NCBI GenBank assembly: GCA_035289605.1
Contig: DATDWR010000007.1
Location: 1 to 63,610 of the forward strand
From: Candidatus Nanoarchaeia archaeon
GTDB lineage: Archaea; Nanobdellota; Nanobdellia; SCGC-AAA011-G17; GW2011-AR18
Reading direction: 5' to 3'
Length of the DNA: 63,610 nt
Position 1 is the first letter of the stretch. Every line of letters starts with the position of its first letter. Of this stretch, positions 37,523 to 46,674 are shown piece after piece. Under the pieces are notes generated by a model. It searched no databases, was not told where the DNA came from, and was given only the letters and a program-made list of their open reading frames with translations. The position numbers and the translations under genes are program-made.

Positions 37523-40500
37523 GCGGAAAGAAACGGCTAGCGAAAGGCGTTAAACGAATTGCGCTACTTGAGATGTTTTTAATAATTAGTATTGCTTTTA
37601 CTATAAGTTTTAGTATTAATGCGCAGGAAGTATATGCTGATACTGTTTGCTGCGAAAAAACAGTAGACAATCAATACTGCCAGACTGTTGATTCAAGTTT
37701 GTGTGCGCAAGGATCTGCGAGAGCACCAACAAGCTGCGAACAAACAAGCTTCTGCAAATCAGGATGCTGCGCTGGAGTTGGAGGATACTGCTACAATAAC
37801 TACCCAAAAGCACTATGCGAGAAACAATATGGAGGAAGCTACAGCGAAGATCCGAACTGCGGAGTAGCGGAATGCAAATCAGGATGCTGCGTGATAGGAA
37901 CACAAGCTTCATTGCTAACAAAAAACAGATGCATAGAAGAAACAAGCAAATTTCCGGATCTTGAAGTAGACTTTAGAGAAGGAATACAAGATGAAGCTAG
38001 CTGCGTCGACATTGCAAGAACAACAGAAAAAGGATGCTGCGTAAAAGATAACGGTTGCAGCTACGGCACGAAAGCGGAGTGCGGAAGTACGACAAGTGTC
38101 AACGGCACTGGATTCTATAAAGATAAATTCTGCAGCCAACTACAAGGACTTTGTGATTGTGCGCCAGCAGACAAGTCGACAGGCGGAAAAGGAAATACAA
38201 TGTGCCTGCCAAATGATGATAGTGTATACTGGAAAGATTCTTGCGGGAATGCAGAAGGCGTAAAGGAAAAATGCAATTACAATCAAGGAACACTTTGTGG
38301 GGACAGCGATAAGGATGGAGTATTTACATGTGAAAGCCTGAAATGCGAAGGACAGGGAGTGTCAAAGGACAGGAGTAATGATCTGAGCGTCAATCTAGAG
38401 AATTATCACGGAACAAATCCTTCTGAACTAAAAGCAAATGAACTACTAAATGGAGAAAGCTGGTGCCAAGCAGACAGCAAAGAACAAGACGACAACTTAT
38501 TATTCGGAAGAGATACTGTAGGCTCAAGATACTATAGGAGTTTGTGCATCAACGGACAGGAGCTTATTGAGCCGTGCAAAGATTTCAGGCAAGAATTCTG
38601 TTATTCAGCATCTGTTGATGTTCCTACAAAAGATGAAAGAGGAAATGCGCTAAGAGGCGGGAGATATACTGAAGCAAGATGCTTGAAAAATGAATGGCAA
38701 TCTTGTATTGATTCATGCAATACTGCTGATTCTTTTACAATGGGCGAAAGAGAATACAAAGAAGCAATTGAAAAAGACTTACAATGTTGCGAAGACAGAA
38801 CAAAAAGAGACTGCAGATGGACAGGAAATAAATGTGTGCCTGCAGTAAGTCCTGGAGCAAAATTCTGGGAAGGAGAAGGAGCAGATGTTTGCGGCAAAGC
38901 TAATTTAGAATGTACTGCATTTTTTGTATGCGGAGGATGGAACAGATTGTTTGGATTGTGTGGGGGAGAAGAAGAAGTTGGAGCAAGCGCTGCAGTTTCT
39001 GGTGCTGGAGCAGCAGGAGCAGCAATAGGAGCAGGAATTGCTACAGGAGGAGCAATAATACCAATAGCATTATCAGCAGCATTGGCAGCTACACTAATTG
39101 GATTAAAAGAAGGTGTTAAAGGTGGAAGCGGCTGGAAACTTGTTCATGGGGAAGAATGCTTCAGCCAAGACTATCTACAAGCAGCAAATAATTTATGCAG
39201 AAGCTTTGGGGATTGCGGAACAGATTATAATTATTTAATAGATGATGATAAAGTACCAACGAATTTAAAACTGACAAAATATGGATTTTTCAATACTGAA
39301 TTTACAGACGGAGAATTAGCAGGTGCTGTGAAGGATGAGGTAGATGAAGGAAAAAAAGAAAAAGAGTTATATTATAAATTTGGAAAAGACAAAGATGAAG
39401 TTCCTGGAAACTTAAGTGATAACCCTAGTTGGGAGGAAGGGAAAACCTTCTTGAATTTCGGAACTGTAGACAAGAAAGGTAGAACTAGCAAATATTTGAG
39501 GGCTTTATATTTTGGACAGGAAGAAGGAGGACTAGGCAATCACATATATGGAGCTGCCGTTCCATTAGTTGGAAGCATAGGTTTGGGAGTACTTGCTCAT
39601 GCTGTTGCTGGTCAAGGATTCTTAACTAGCTTAGGAGTTGGCTTGGGAGCAACACCACATGGCTTATTGATAAGAGGAATTTTTGGAGCAATATTTGGAG
39701 GAGAAGCAATATTTGGGAAAGGGGTTACTGGAATTGTGAGTGAAGCAAGTGTTGATGATCTATTAGTTAAAGAAGCAAATGCAATAGCAGGAGAGGAGGG
39801 GGGTAAAATAACAACTAAAAAAGCTGCTGAAGAATTGATAAGTAATACTGCTCAAGCTGCTGCTGACGTCGAACTTGCTACTGCTCAACAAGCTTTTTCT
39901 CAAGCTGCTGCTGAGCATGGTGCTAATCTAGCTAAAGAAGCGATTTCTGAAGCGACACAGAATGCCTTATTACCAGATTCATCACAAACTGTTACCCAGG
40001 CCATTCAAGGTATACAAGGACAAACTTTGAATAGTGTTAATGCTTTTGGGCCCTCTGCTAAAGCCAGTGCTGAAAAGGTCTTCCAGGATGTTCTTTCAAA
40101 GACAGGGCCTGCACGAACTAAAGATTTGGCTGGTCGAGAGGCTTATAAAATTGTTGGAACTGGTGATGTTCCTATTACAAGAGTGGCTAATTCTAATGAA
40201 GCATTCGAAGTAGCAGATTCTGCATTAACTACTGCTCGGAATAATGTAAAAGATGCTGGGAAAAAAGCTGTTGAAGGGTTAACCCAAACAGCAAAAGAAG
40301 CAGGTAAAGAACTAACTAAAGCACAAGTACTAACTGCAATAAATGCAGCAATGTGGGCATACTCAATATACCAACTAGGAGATACACTATTAGAAAAAAC
40401 ACAAACTCAGACAATAAAAACAACATGCCAGCCATGGCAAGCACCAGCAGTAAAAGTAGGACAAAAAGATCAATGCGAAAGATGCAATCCGGGATACGGC

Positions 40501-41976
40501 GACTACTTGGACAATGAAAAAAATCCTAAGGATGTAAGAGCACTCAAAGCGTGCAGCGAATACCGTTGCAAGAGCCTAGGAGTAAGCTGCGATCTAATAA
40601 ACAAAGGATCAGAAGAAGAGAAATGCATAAGCCTATCGAAGTATGATGTAAACAGCCCAGTAATCAAGCCATGGAAAGAAGGATTCAGCAAGGAACTAAG
40701 AGACAAAATAAAAGAAACAAACACAGGATTCAAAATAGAAGGAGAAATACCAATCTACGAGAGATTCGTAACTGGACTAAGAACTGACGAGCCTGCACAA
40801 TGCAAGATGAGCTTCCAGCACAGCAAAAGATACAATGAAATGGAAAACATTTACTTCATGAGCAACACATTCAAGTACTTCCATGTGCAAGAAATGTTCT
40901 ATCCTGCATCAAAGAACATAACAAATGAAGGACTGAAACTAACAGGCGGGGGAGACTACAAAGTATATGTAAGATGCCAAGATGCAGTAGGAAATGCAAA
41001 TGAAAAAGACTACGTAATAGAATTCAAAATAGCAAAAGAACCAGACCTGACTGCACCAACTATAATTGGAACAAGCATAGGAAAAGATACATACTTAACA
41101 CATGGAACAGACCAAGTAGATTTAACACTATTTGTAAACGAGCCAGCAGAATGCAAATGGAGCTTGACACCATTAGATTACAGCGGAATGCAAGAAACAA
41201 ACAAGTGCACAGCGTCAAGACTAAACTCATTAGGATTGTATGAATGCCAATACGCAGGATCTGGAGTTGGAGGATCAATAGGGCCAGCAATCACAGGAAT
41301 AAAATCAAAAGCAGGAGAAACAAAATTTGCATATTTCAAATGCCAAGACAAATCAGAAAAGAAAAACTTCAACAAAGAAGCATTTAGGATAACACTAAAA
41401 GGAAGCGACCCATTAAAAATAGACAACAGCAGCATAGAACCTAAAGGGACAATAAAGACAAGCAGAGACCAAGCAAACGTCACATTGAAATTAGCGACAG
41501 TGGGCGGGGCGGAGTTAAACGGAAGGGCAACATGCAAATACACGCAACAAGAAAGCCTGAAAGAAAACTTAGCAGCAATGACTCCTTTCCTGAATACAAA
41601 CTCCAGCCTGCACACACAACCATGGGAGCCGCCAACAGGAAGACAAGAAATATTTGTTGGATGTCATGATCTAGCAGGAAATGCAAACTTCACAAAAATA
41701 GAATTCACAATAGAACAGGATGTAACAGCACCAAAAATAACCAAAGTATACAACGATGAAAGCCTGCAGCCACCTTTGTTTACAGTTGAAGTAAGCGAGA
41801 AAGCAACATGCAAAGACAGCACAGAAGGAACATTTGAATATGAAACTGAAGGAAACCTAATGACAAGAGATGGAAACGTGCACAGAACAAGCACTCCTGG
41901 ATCAAATTTGTATTATGTTGTGTGCAAGGATGAATTCGGAAACCTGATGGAGCCTGCAAGAGTACAGTTTGCTTAG
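37519..41976 (+). CDS. giant Cys-rich exported protein with expanded hydrophobic/Ala-rich core, cassette 2
   Basis: Same motif order as 32811 (CC, GESWC, CxPxVxPG, GDCG, CQPWQAP, DVNSPVI, CxDxxGN); three hydrophobic segments. Confidence 0.8.
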   Translation: MSGKKRLAKGVKRIALLEMFLIISIAFTISFSINAQEVYADTVCCEKTVDNQYCQTVDSSLCAQGSARAPTSCEQTSFCKSGCCAGVGGYCYNNYPKALCEKQYGGSYSEDPNCGVAECKSGCCVIGTQASLLTKNRCIEETSKFPDLEVDFREGIQDEASCVDIARTTEKGCCVKDNGCSYGTKAECGSTTSVNGTGFYKDKFCSQLQGLCDCAPADKSTGGKGNTMCLPNDDSVYWKDSCGNAEGVKEKCNYNQGTLCGDSDKDGVFTCESLKCEGQGVSKDRSNDLSVNLENYHGTNPSELKANELLNGESWCQADSKEQDDNLLFGRDTVGSRYYRSLCINGQELIEPCKDFRQEFCYSASVDVPTKDERGNALRGGRYTEARCLKNEWQSCIDSCNTADSFTMGEREYKEAIEKDLQCCEDRTKRDCRWTGNKCVPAVSPGAKFWEGEGADVCGKANLECTAFFVCGGWNRLFGLCGGEEEVGASAAVSGAGAAGAAIGAGIATGGAIIPIALSAALAATLIGLKEGVKGGSGWKLVHGEECFSQDYLQAANNLCRSFGDCGTDYNYLIDDDKVPTNLKLTKYGFFNTEFTDGELAGAVKDEVDEGKKEKELYYKFGKDKDEVPGNLSDNPSWEEGKTFLNFGTVDKKGRTSKYLRALYFGQEEGGLGNHIYGAAVPLVGSIGLGVLAHAVAGQGFLTSLGVGLGATPHGLLIRGIFGAIFGGEAIFGKGVTGIVSEASVDDLLVKEANAIAGEEGGKITTKKAAEELISNTAQAAADVELATAQQAFSQAAAEHGANLAKEAISEATQNALLPDSSQTVTQAIQGIQGQTLNSVNAFGPSAKASAEKVFQDVLSKTGPARTKDLAGREAYKIVGTGDVPITRVANSNEAFEVADSALTTARNNVKDAGKKAVEGLTQTAKEAGKELTKAQVLTAINAAMWAYSIYQLGDTLLEKTQTQTIKTTCQPWQAPAVKVGQKDQCERCNPGYGDYLDNEKNPKDVRALKACSEYRCKSLGVSCDLINKGSEEEKCISLSKYDVNSPVIKPWKEGFSKELRDKIKETNTGFKIEGEIPIYERFVTGLRTDEPAQCKMSFQHSKRYNEMENIYFMSNTFKYFHVQEMFYPASKNITNEGLKLTGGGDYKVYVRCQDAVGNANEKDYVIEFKIAKEPDLTAPTIIGTSIGKDTYLTHGTDQVDLTLFVNEPAECKWSLTPLDYSGMQETNKCTASRLNSLGLYECQYAGSGVGGSIGPAITGIKSKAGETKFAYFKCQDKSEKKNFNKEAFRITLKGSDPLKIDNSSIEPKGTIKTSRDQANVTLKLATVGGAELNGRATCKYTQQESLKENLAAMTPFLNTNSSLHTQPWEPPTGRQEIFVGCHDLAGNANFTKIEFTIEQDVTAPKITKVYNDESLQPPLFTVEVSEKATCKDSTEGTFEYETEGNLMTRDGNVHRTSTPGSNLYYVVCKDEFGNLMEPARVQFA

Positions 41977-42016
41977 TTGATTTATTCAGAATTATCTTCT
42001 AGCATCAAAATTTAAA

Positions 42017-43270
42017 TTATTCACTTTTTAACAGCCATTTATATGCAGGAATAACTTCTATATCGCCGAATTTCTTTTCCAAATCTAATGTTAATATAAT
42101 GCCTTTCCTGATATTAAACTTTTTCATTGCTTCTTTAAGACCAGTCAGTTCTCTTTCTAAATTATTATCATTTAAATTATAGCATACCTGTATAGCCTTA
42201 ATTATTTTATCTTTCTCTTTAATAATAAAATCACACTCGTATTTTTCTTTATAATAAAATATTTCCTTAAATCTTCTTTTTAATTCCAACATTATTACAT
42301 TTTCAAAAAGTCTTCCAATATCCCTGCTTAGTGTAAAATTAATCATAGAACTAAGACCTGTATCTATAGAATATGACTTCTTAATTGTCTGCTTTGCTAA
42401 AGATTCAGAGAAACTATTTATAATCATTAATATATAGGCATCTTCACAATAGTCCAAAAACTTATACAATGTGTCCTTGCTGATTTTTACACCTTCGGAT
42501 TTAAAGCTGCTAAATATTTTGTTTACTGAAAATTCCCTAGAAGTATTTGAGATCAGTCTTTTAATAAATAATTTTAACGACAAAATATTGGTAATACTAT
42601 ATCTCTCTGCAACATCCCTATAAATCATAACTTCAAAATAACTTTCTAAACTTTTCTCATATAATTCTTTTTCCATATTAATCACTTCTGGAAAACCGCC
42701 TTTCAATATGAAATTGTTTAAATTTGAAATTAATTTAGCTTTGCCTTTAGTTGAATAACTATCTAATTCCACATTTTTAAATTTTAGGTATTCTTTAAAA
42801 GACAGCGGATAAACCTCAAAAGTTATAGTTCTACCTCTTAGGCTTGCTGCAATTTCTTTACTTAATAGTTTAGATGATGATCCTGTAATAAATATATTTT
42901 TAGTTATTGTATCGTATAATCTTCTTATAAATCTTTCCCATCCTTTAATTTCCTGTATTTCGTCAAAGAAAAAAAATAAATCTTGTTCTCTTTTATTTGG
43001 GTATAACTCAAAATAAGACTCTATAATAATATTTAAATTACCAGATGTTAATTCAAGCCTTTCATCCTCAAAATTAATATATATAACATTTGTAATGTCT
43101 TTTAGTTTTAGTATCGTCTGGTACATAAGATATGTTTTTCCAGATCTTCTAGCACCAATTATACTTATAACTTTATTTGAATTTAATGGTATATTTATTT
43201 CTCTTTGTATTACTTGTGGCAGACCTCTACTATGGAAATCTTTTATTATTTGTTTTATTACTTCCTTCAT
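42017..43270 (-). CDS. AAA_14 ATPase with C-terminal DUF4143 domain
   Basis: GARRSGKT, YINFEDER, FFDEIQ, ITGSSS, LRGR, GGFPE, FEN, ECDF, IQVC. Confidence 0.9.
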   Translation of the reverse strand: MKEVIKQIIKDFHSRGLPQVIQREINIPLNSNKVISIIGARRSGKTYLMYQTILKLKDITNVIYINFEDERLELTSGNLNIIIESYFELYPNKREQDLFFFFDEIQEIKGWERFIRRLYDTITKNIFITGSSSKLLSKEIAASLRGRTITFEVYPLSFKEYLKFKNVELDSYSTKGKAKLISNLNNFILKGGFPEVINMEKELYEKSLESYFEVMIYRDVAERYSITNILSLKLFIKRLISNTSREFSVNKIFSSFKSEGVKISKDTLYKFLDYCEDAYILMIINSFSESLAKQTIKKSYSIDTGLSSMINFTLSRDIGRLFENVIMLELKRRFKEIFYYKEKYECDFIIKEKDKIIKAIQVCYNLNDNNLERELTGLKEAMKKFNIRKGIILTLDLEKKFGDIEVIPAYKWLLKSE

Positions 43271-43278
43271 AGTCTTTC

Positions 43279-43324
43279 TATAAGGAAACTAATATATAAA
43301 TCTTTCCTTTATATAAGGAAACTA
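43279..43324. promoter_or_regulatory. repeated TATAAGGAAACTA boxes flanking the minus-strand TATA box of the ATPase gene
   Basis: 13-nt copies at 43279-43291 and 43312-43324; the second is part of the palindrome TTTCCTT-TATAT-AAGGAAA; TATA at 43293-43300. Confidence 0.55.
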
Positions 43325-43325
43325 T

Positions 43326-43645
43326 ATGCAAGGCTAATGATGTGTGAAACTGAAGGAACTTACATACCTAATATAGAAATAAAATTTCCAGCAGTAATAT
43401 TAGATAATACTGCTTTAGCTGAAAAAAAATGTATAGTTCTAAATAAGAATATTATATTATTTATAGCCCCAATAGAATTACAAATCCCATTTAAAATTTA
43501 TCTAGGAAGCGATAAGGATATAGAAGACGCTCAACACTTATATTACATATTTAATGATAAGATTAATAAGAGTCTAATGCGAGAATTTGCCAGAAAGCTT
43601 AAAATAGAAGGAGAACTTGATAAGATTGAAAATGGAAGTCCCTGA
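43326..43645 (+). pseudogene. N-terminally truncated nucleotidyltransferase-like gene remnant
   Basis: Only a C-terminal FIAPIELQIPFKIYLGSDKDIEDA region remains; the upstream part of the called ORF overlaps the ATPase promoter. Confidence 0.45.
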
Positions 43646-43775
43646 AGTAGATCTAAAGGAAATGAAAAAATTTAAAGAAAGAAATACGAAAGAGAGACTA
43701 GAATTCATTAAAAAATATGCAGAATGGGTAAAAAAAACACCTAACAAAAAATGGAGTTCTCAACAAAAAAAATAA
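43632..43775 (+). CDS. 47-aa basic hypothetical protein (not in ORF track)
   Basis: MEVPEVDLKEMKKFKERNTKERLEFIKKYAEWVKKTPNKKWSSQQKK; overlaps the previous stop. Confidence 0.5.
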   Translation: MEVPEVDLKEMKKFKERNTKERLEFIKKYAEWVKKTPNKKWSSQQKK

Positions 43776-43830
43776 TTGACCTATGATTTAGAGAAAACTA
43801 TAATAAATAGTAAAAATAAAATTATATTGA

Positions 43831-44355
43831 ATGAAAAAAGCACAATTGCTGTCACAACCATTCTTCTGGATTTTTGCAATAGTAGTAATGGGAATAATAT
43901 TAATATTTAGCTGGAACGCAATAAGAGACCTAGTAGGATTTGGAGAGAAAGTCGGCACAGTAAAACTAATAGAAGACATAAAAAATGAAGTTGAAGAAAT
44001 AGCAAAATCATTTCCAGGAACGAGCATAGAATGTGCATTAACTAGAAGAGCAGGAAGTTCAGACAATGAGTGTGAAATAATTGCACCAAGCGACTTAAAA
44101 GGCATGTGCTTTGTTGATACTAATTCTCCTGTAGACTTTAGTAAGATAGAATTCAAGAACGTGAAAGAAGAAGTGCAAGTAGTTCAGGGAACAGGAGACA
44201 GAAATGTTTTCTTTGCAACTATAAAAAACCCAATAGACTCAATATACATTAATAAATTAAAACCTAAAGAACATTTCTGCCTGAACATACAACAGGGTAT
44301 GAAGAAATTTATTCTGGAAAACAAGGGAAAATTTGTTGAAATTAGAAAATCCTGA
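43831..44355 (+). CDS. class III signal peptide (pilin-like) protein
   Basis: KKA|QLLSQPFFWIFAIVV. Confidence 0.72.
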   Translation: MKKAQLLSQPFFWIFAIVVMGIILIFSWNAIRDLVGFGEKVGTVKLIEDIKNEVEEIAKSFPGTSIECALTRRAGSSDNECEIIAPSDLKGMCFVDTNSPVDFSKIEFKNVKEEVQVVQGTGDRNVFFATIKNPIDSIYINKLKPKEHFCLNIQQGMKKFILENKGKFVEIRKS

Positions 44356-44426
44356 AAATTTTCAAATTTTGATCTAAGAATTTTTAACAGAAAGAATTAA
44401 ATTCAAGCTAAAAAATTAAAACTGCA

Positions 44427-45419
44427 ATGAATAAAAGAGGACAGGCAGAGCAGTTCAACTGGATATTTGTAATTGTAGCAGGAGCGATAATACTAGGGTT
44501 TTTCACAATGTTCGTGTTTCAATACATAGACTTGCAGGAAAAAAGACAAGAGGTAGAAAGCGTAAGGTTCTTCGGTAATGTGCTAAACGTCCTAGAAAAG
44601 CTACAAATAGGAGACGCAGGATATGCAGTAAGAAGCACAGACACACAAGGCCTAAGATTCGGATACAAAGTTGACTTGTCTTATTACTGCAAAGGAAATG
44701 ATGCAAAGATACTAATCAATAAAGGAGAAATAGCAAGCTACAACCTAGCAAATGAAATAGTGTTCACAGAAGAAAAACAAAGAGTCAACGGCTTGACTAT
44801 GGGAATAATGCCCTGGATATACCCTTTTCACATAACTAATTTTATTTACTTATCAGACCCGAATAAGATATACCACATAATTTATGATGAAAGTAGTGAA
44901 GAATTTGTCAACAGACTTGAAGAAGAAAATGAAGTAATCTTTAATGCAATAAAGTATGAAAAGACAAGAATCAACGAGCTCAAACCCAAACAGAACTCAA
45001 AAATTATAATATTCTCCAGCCAGAAACCATATGAAACAAAAATAAAAGAACTGAAAGGCAGTGGAAACTCTAACTTTGTACATGTCAACATTAACACTGA
45101 AAAAATAAGCTTCTTTGGAAGGAACGGCTGGGAAGATGAGATTAAATATTATGGAAATCCAATGCTTTTGGGAAGCTTATTTATGGATAATACAGAAGCA
45201 TATGAGTGCAACGTGAACAGGGCATTCGAGAGGCTAAAGACAGTAACTAACATTTACATAGAAAGAACTGAGCTTTTGAAAAGAATAGATCCAAAGCAAG
45301 AATGCCAATACGAATTAATAGTGAGCAGTTTAAGAAAATTTTCTGAAGGAGACTATAAAATGGCTGAAAATCTTGCAGAACAAAACAATCAAGGAGCAGG
45401 ATGTCTATGGGTGTTCTAA
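44427..45419 (+). CDS. class III signal peptide (pilin-like) protein
   Basis: KRG|QAEQFNWIFVIVAGAIILGFF. Confidence 0.72.
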   Translation: MNKRGQAEQFNWIFVIVAGAIILGFFTMFVFQYIDLQEKRQEVESVRFFGNVLNVLEKLQIGDAGYAVRSTDTQGLRFGYKVDLSYYCKGNDAKILINKGEIASYNLANEIVFTEEKQRVNGLTMGIMPWIYPFHITNFIYLSDPNKIYHIIYDESSEEFVNRLEEENEVIFNAIKYEKTRINELKPKQNSKIIIFSSQKPYETKIKELKGSGNSNFVHVNINTEKISFFGRNGWEDEIKYYGNPMLLGSLFMDNTEAYECNVNRAFERLKTVTNIYIERTELLKRIDPKQECQYELIVSSLRKFSEGDYKMAENLAEQNNQGAGCLWVF

Positions 45420-45970
45420 AGCGATGCAGGCGACATGCGACTTGGGGTAGGAGTCTTGGGAAGAAAGGACAATTGCAGATACAGGAAACCATACTTGTCG
45501 TATTTGTCTTTGTTATAATAATAATATTAGGAATGTTCTTTTTCATAAACTACCAAAAAAGCAGCATAAAAAATGACTTTACTGAATTCCAGAGAACAAA
45601 AGCAAGGAGCAATATAATAACTTTAGGAGAAATGCCTGAACTAGCATGCAGCAAGGGAGGGATAAAGGAGGCATGCGTAGACAGCCTTAAGCTAGTCGCT
45701 TTCAAGAACCAAGCAGAAAAGAAAAAAACAGAATATGCAGAAAGATTTGGGCATCTTAACATTACACTATATATAATGTATCCAAAGAGACAAACTAAAA
45801 GAGAATGCAACAAAGACAATATTGAAGAATGCGAAATCTGGAACATTTATGCAAGAAAACCTTTGAAAGTAACAAGCAAAATAGTAGAAAAAACTCCAAT
45901 ATCTCTATATAATCCTAAAAAAGATACATATTATATTGCTTTAATGATTGTGGAGGCATATAATGTCTGA
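45401..45970 (+). CDS. class III signal peptide (pilin-like) protein
   Basis: KKG|QLQIQETILVVFVF; PELACS...CVD.LK. Confidence 0.7.
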   Translation: MSMGVLKRCRRHATWGRSLGKKGQLQIQETILVVFVFVIIIILGMFFFINYQKSSIKNDFTEFQRTKARSNIITLGEMPELACSKGGIKEACVDSLKLVAFKNQAEKKKTEYAERFGHLNITLYIMYPKRQTKRECNKDNIEECEIWNIYARKPLKVTSKIVEKTPISLYNPKKDTYYIALMIVEAYNV

Positions 45971-46454
45971 CGAACAGCGACAATTGGCAAGAGGCATTAG
46001 TCTTGGGAAAGCTGGGCAAATAGATATAATGGGGCTAATGATTGTGGTCATACTAATAATAATAGGAGGCTTATTCTACATTAAATATGGAGTGTTACAA
46101 GATAAAGAAATGCAAAGGGATATTTCTCTAGACCAAAGCTATGCTATAAATCTTCTAAATTCCCTATTAAATGTAAAGGTTTGCGAGGAAACTATAATGA
46201 TTGGAGAGGCTATGGTTGAGTGTTTTAATGAAGGAAAAATATGTGAAAAAGAGGCTTGTGAATACTTGAAACCTCAAATAGAAGAAATAATAGCTGCTGT
46301 CGGACTTAAAGACTTTAAAAAATATTCATTATGGATAGAAAAAGGAGACAATGTTAAGTACATAACAGAGGATTGCACAACAGGCGTAAAAGCTGACGAG
46401 CTGCTTAAAACAGATGATAACGAAGATTACACGGTTAATTTTAGGATATGTTAA
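45963..46454 (+). CDS. class III signal peptide (pilin-like) protein
   Basis: KAG|QIDIMGLMIVVILIII; start refined to ATG45963. Confidence 0.7.
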   Translation: MSDEQRQLARGISLGKAGQIDIMGLMIVVILIIIGGLFYIKYGVLQDKEMQRDISLDQSYAINLLNSLLNVKVCEETIMIGEAMVECFNEGKICEKEACEYLKPQIEEIIAAVGLKDFKKYSLWIEKGDNVKYITEDCTTGVKADELLKTDDNEDYTVNFRIC

Positions 46455-46575
46455 GTTATTATTATTAAGTGATAACATAAAATAGGCTGTTTTGGGCTCA
46501 ATTTATGGAATTAACCTCTATAAAGGCCATAATTGACCAAAGAACCCCTAATATGTATTCTTTAGCATATATATC

Positions 46576-46667
46576 TTTATAAAAGGTAATAATGCTTTCA
46601 GCTTTAGAGTCTTCAAAAAAGATGCGCGGAGACTCTATGAAAGAAATAATGATAACACATGGAGGTG
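46576..46667 (+). promoter_or_regulatory. S-layer promoter, 5'-UTR hairpin and Shine-Dalgarno site
   Basis: TTTATAAA 46576-46583; stem AGAGTCTTC (46606-46614) with GGAGACTCT (46628-46636); GGAGGTG 46661-46667. Confidence 0.6.
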
Positions 46668-46674
46668 TTAAAGA

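Noticed and set aside
16866-41976. Diversity-generating retroelement acting on the surface proteins
   Set aside because: No reverse transcriptase in the window, and no ~100-nt template/variable repeat pair differing only at adenines was seen.
43205-43325. N-terminal part of the called 146-aa ORF
   Set aside because: It overlaps the start and promoter of the opposite-strand ATPase gene and reads as non-coding; only the downstream part looks like a real gene remnant.
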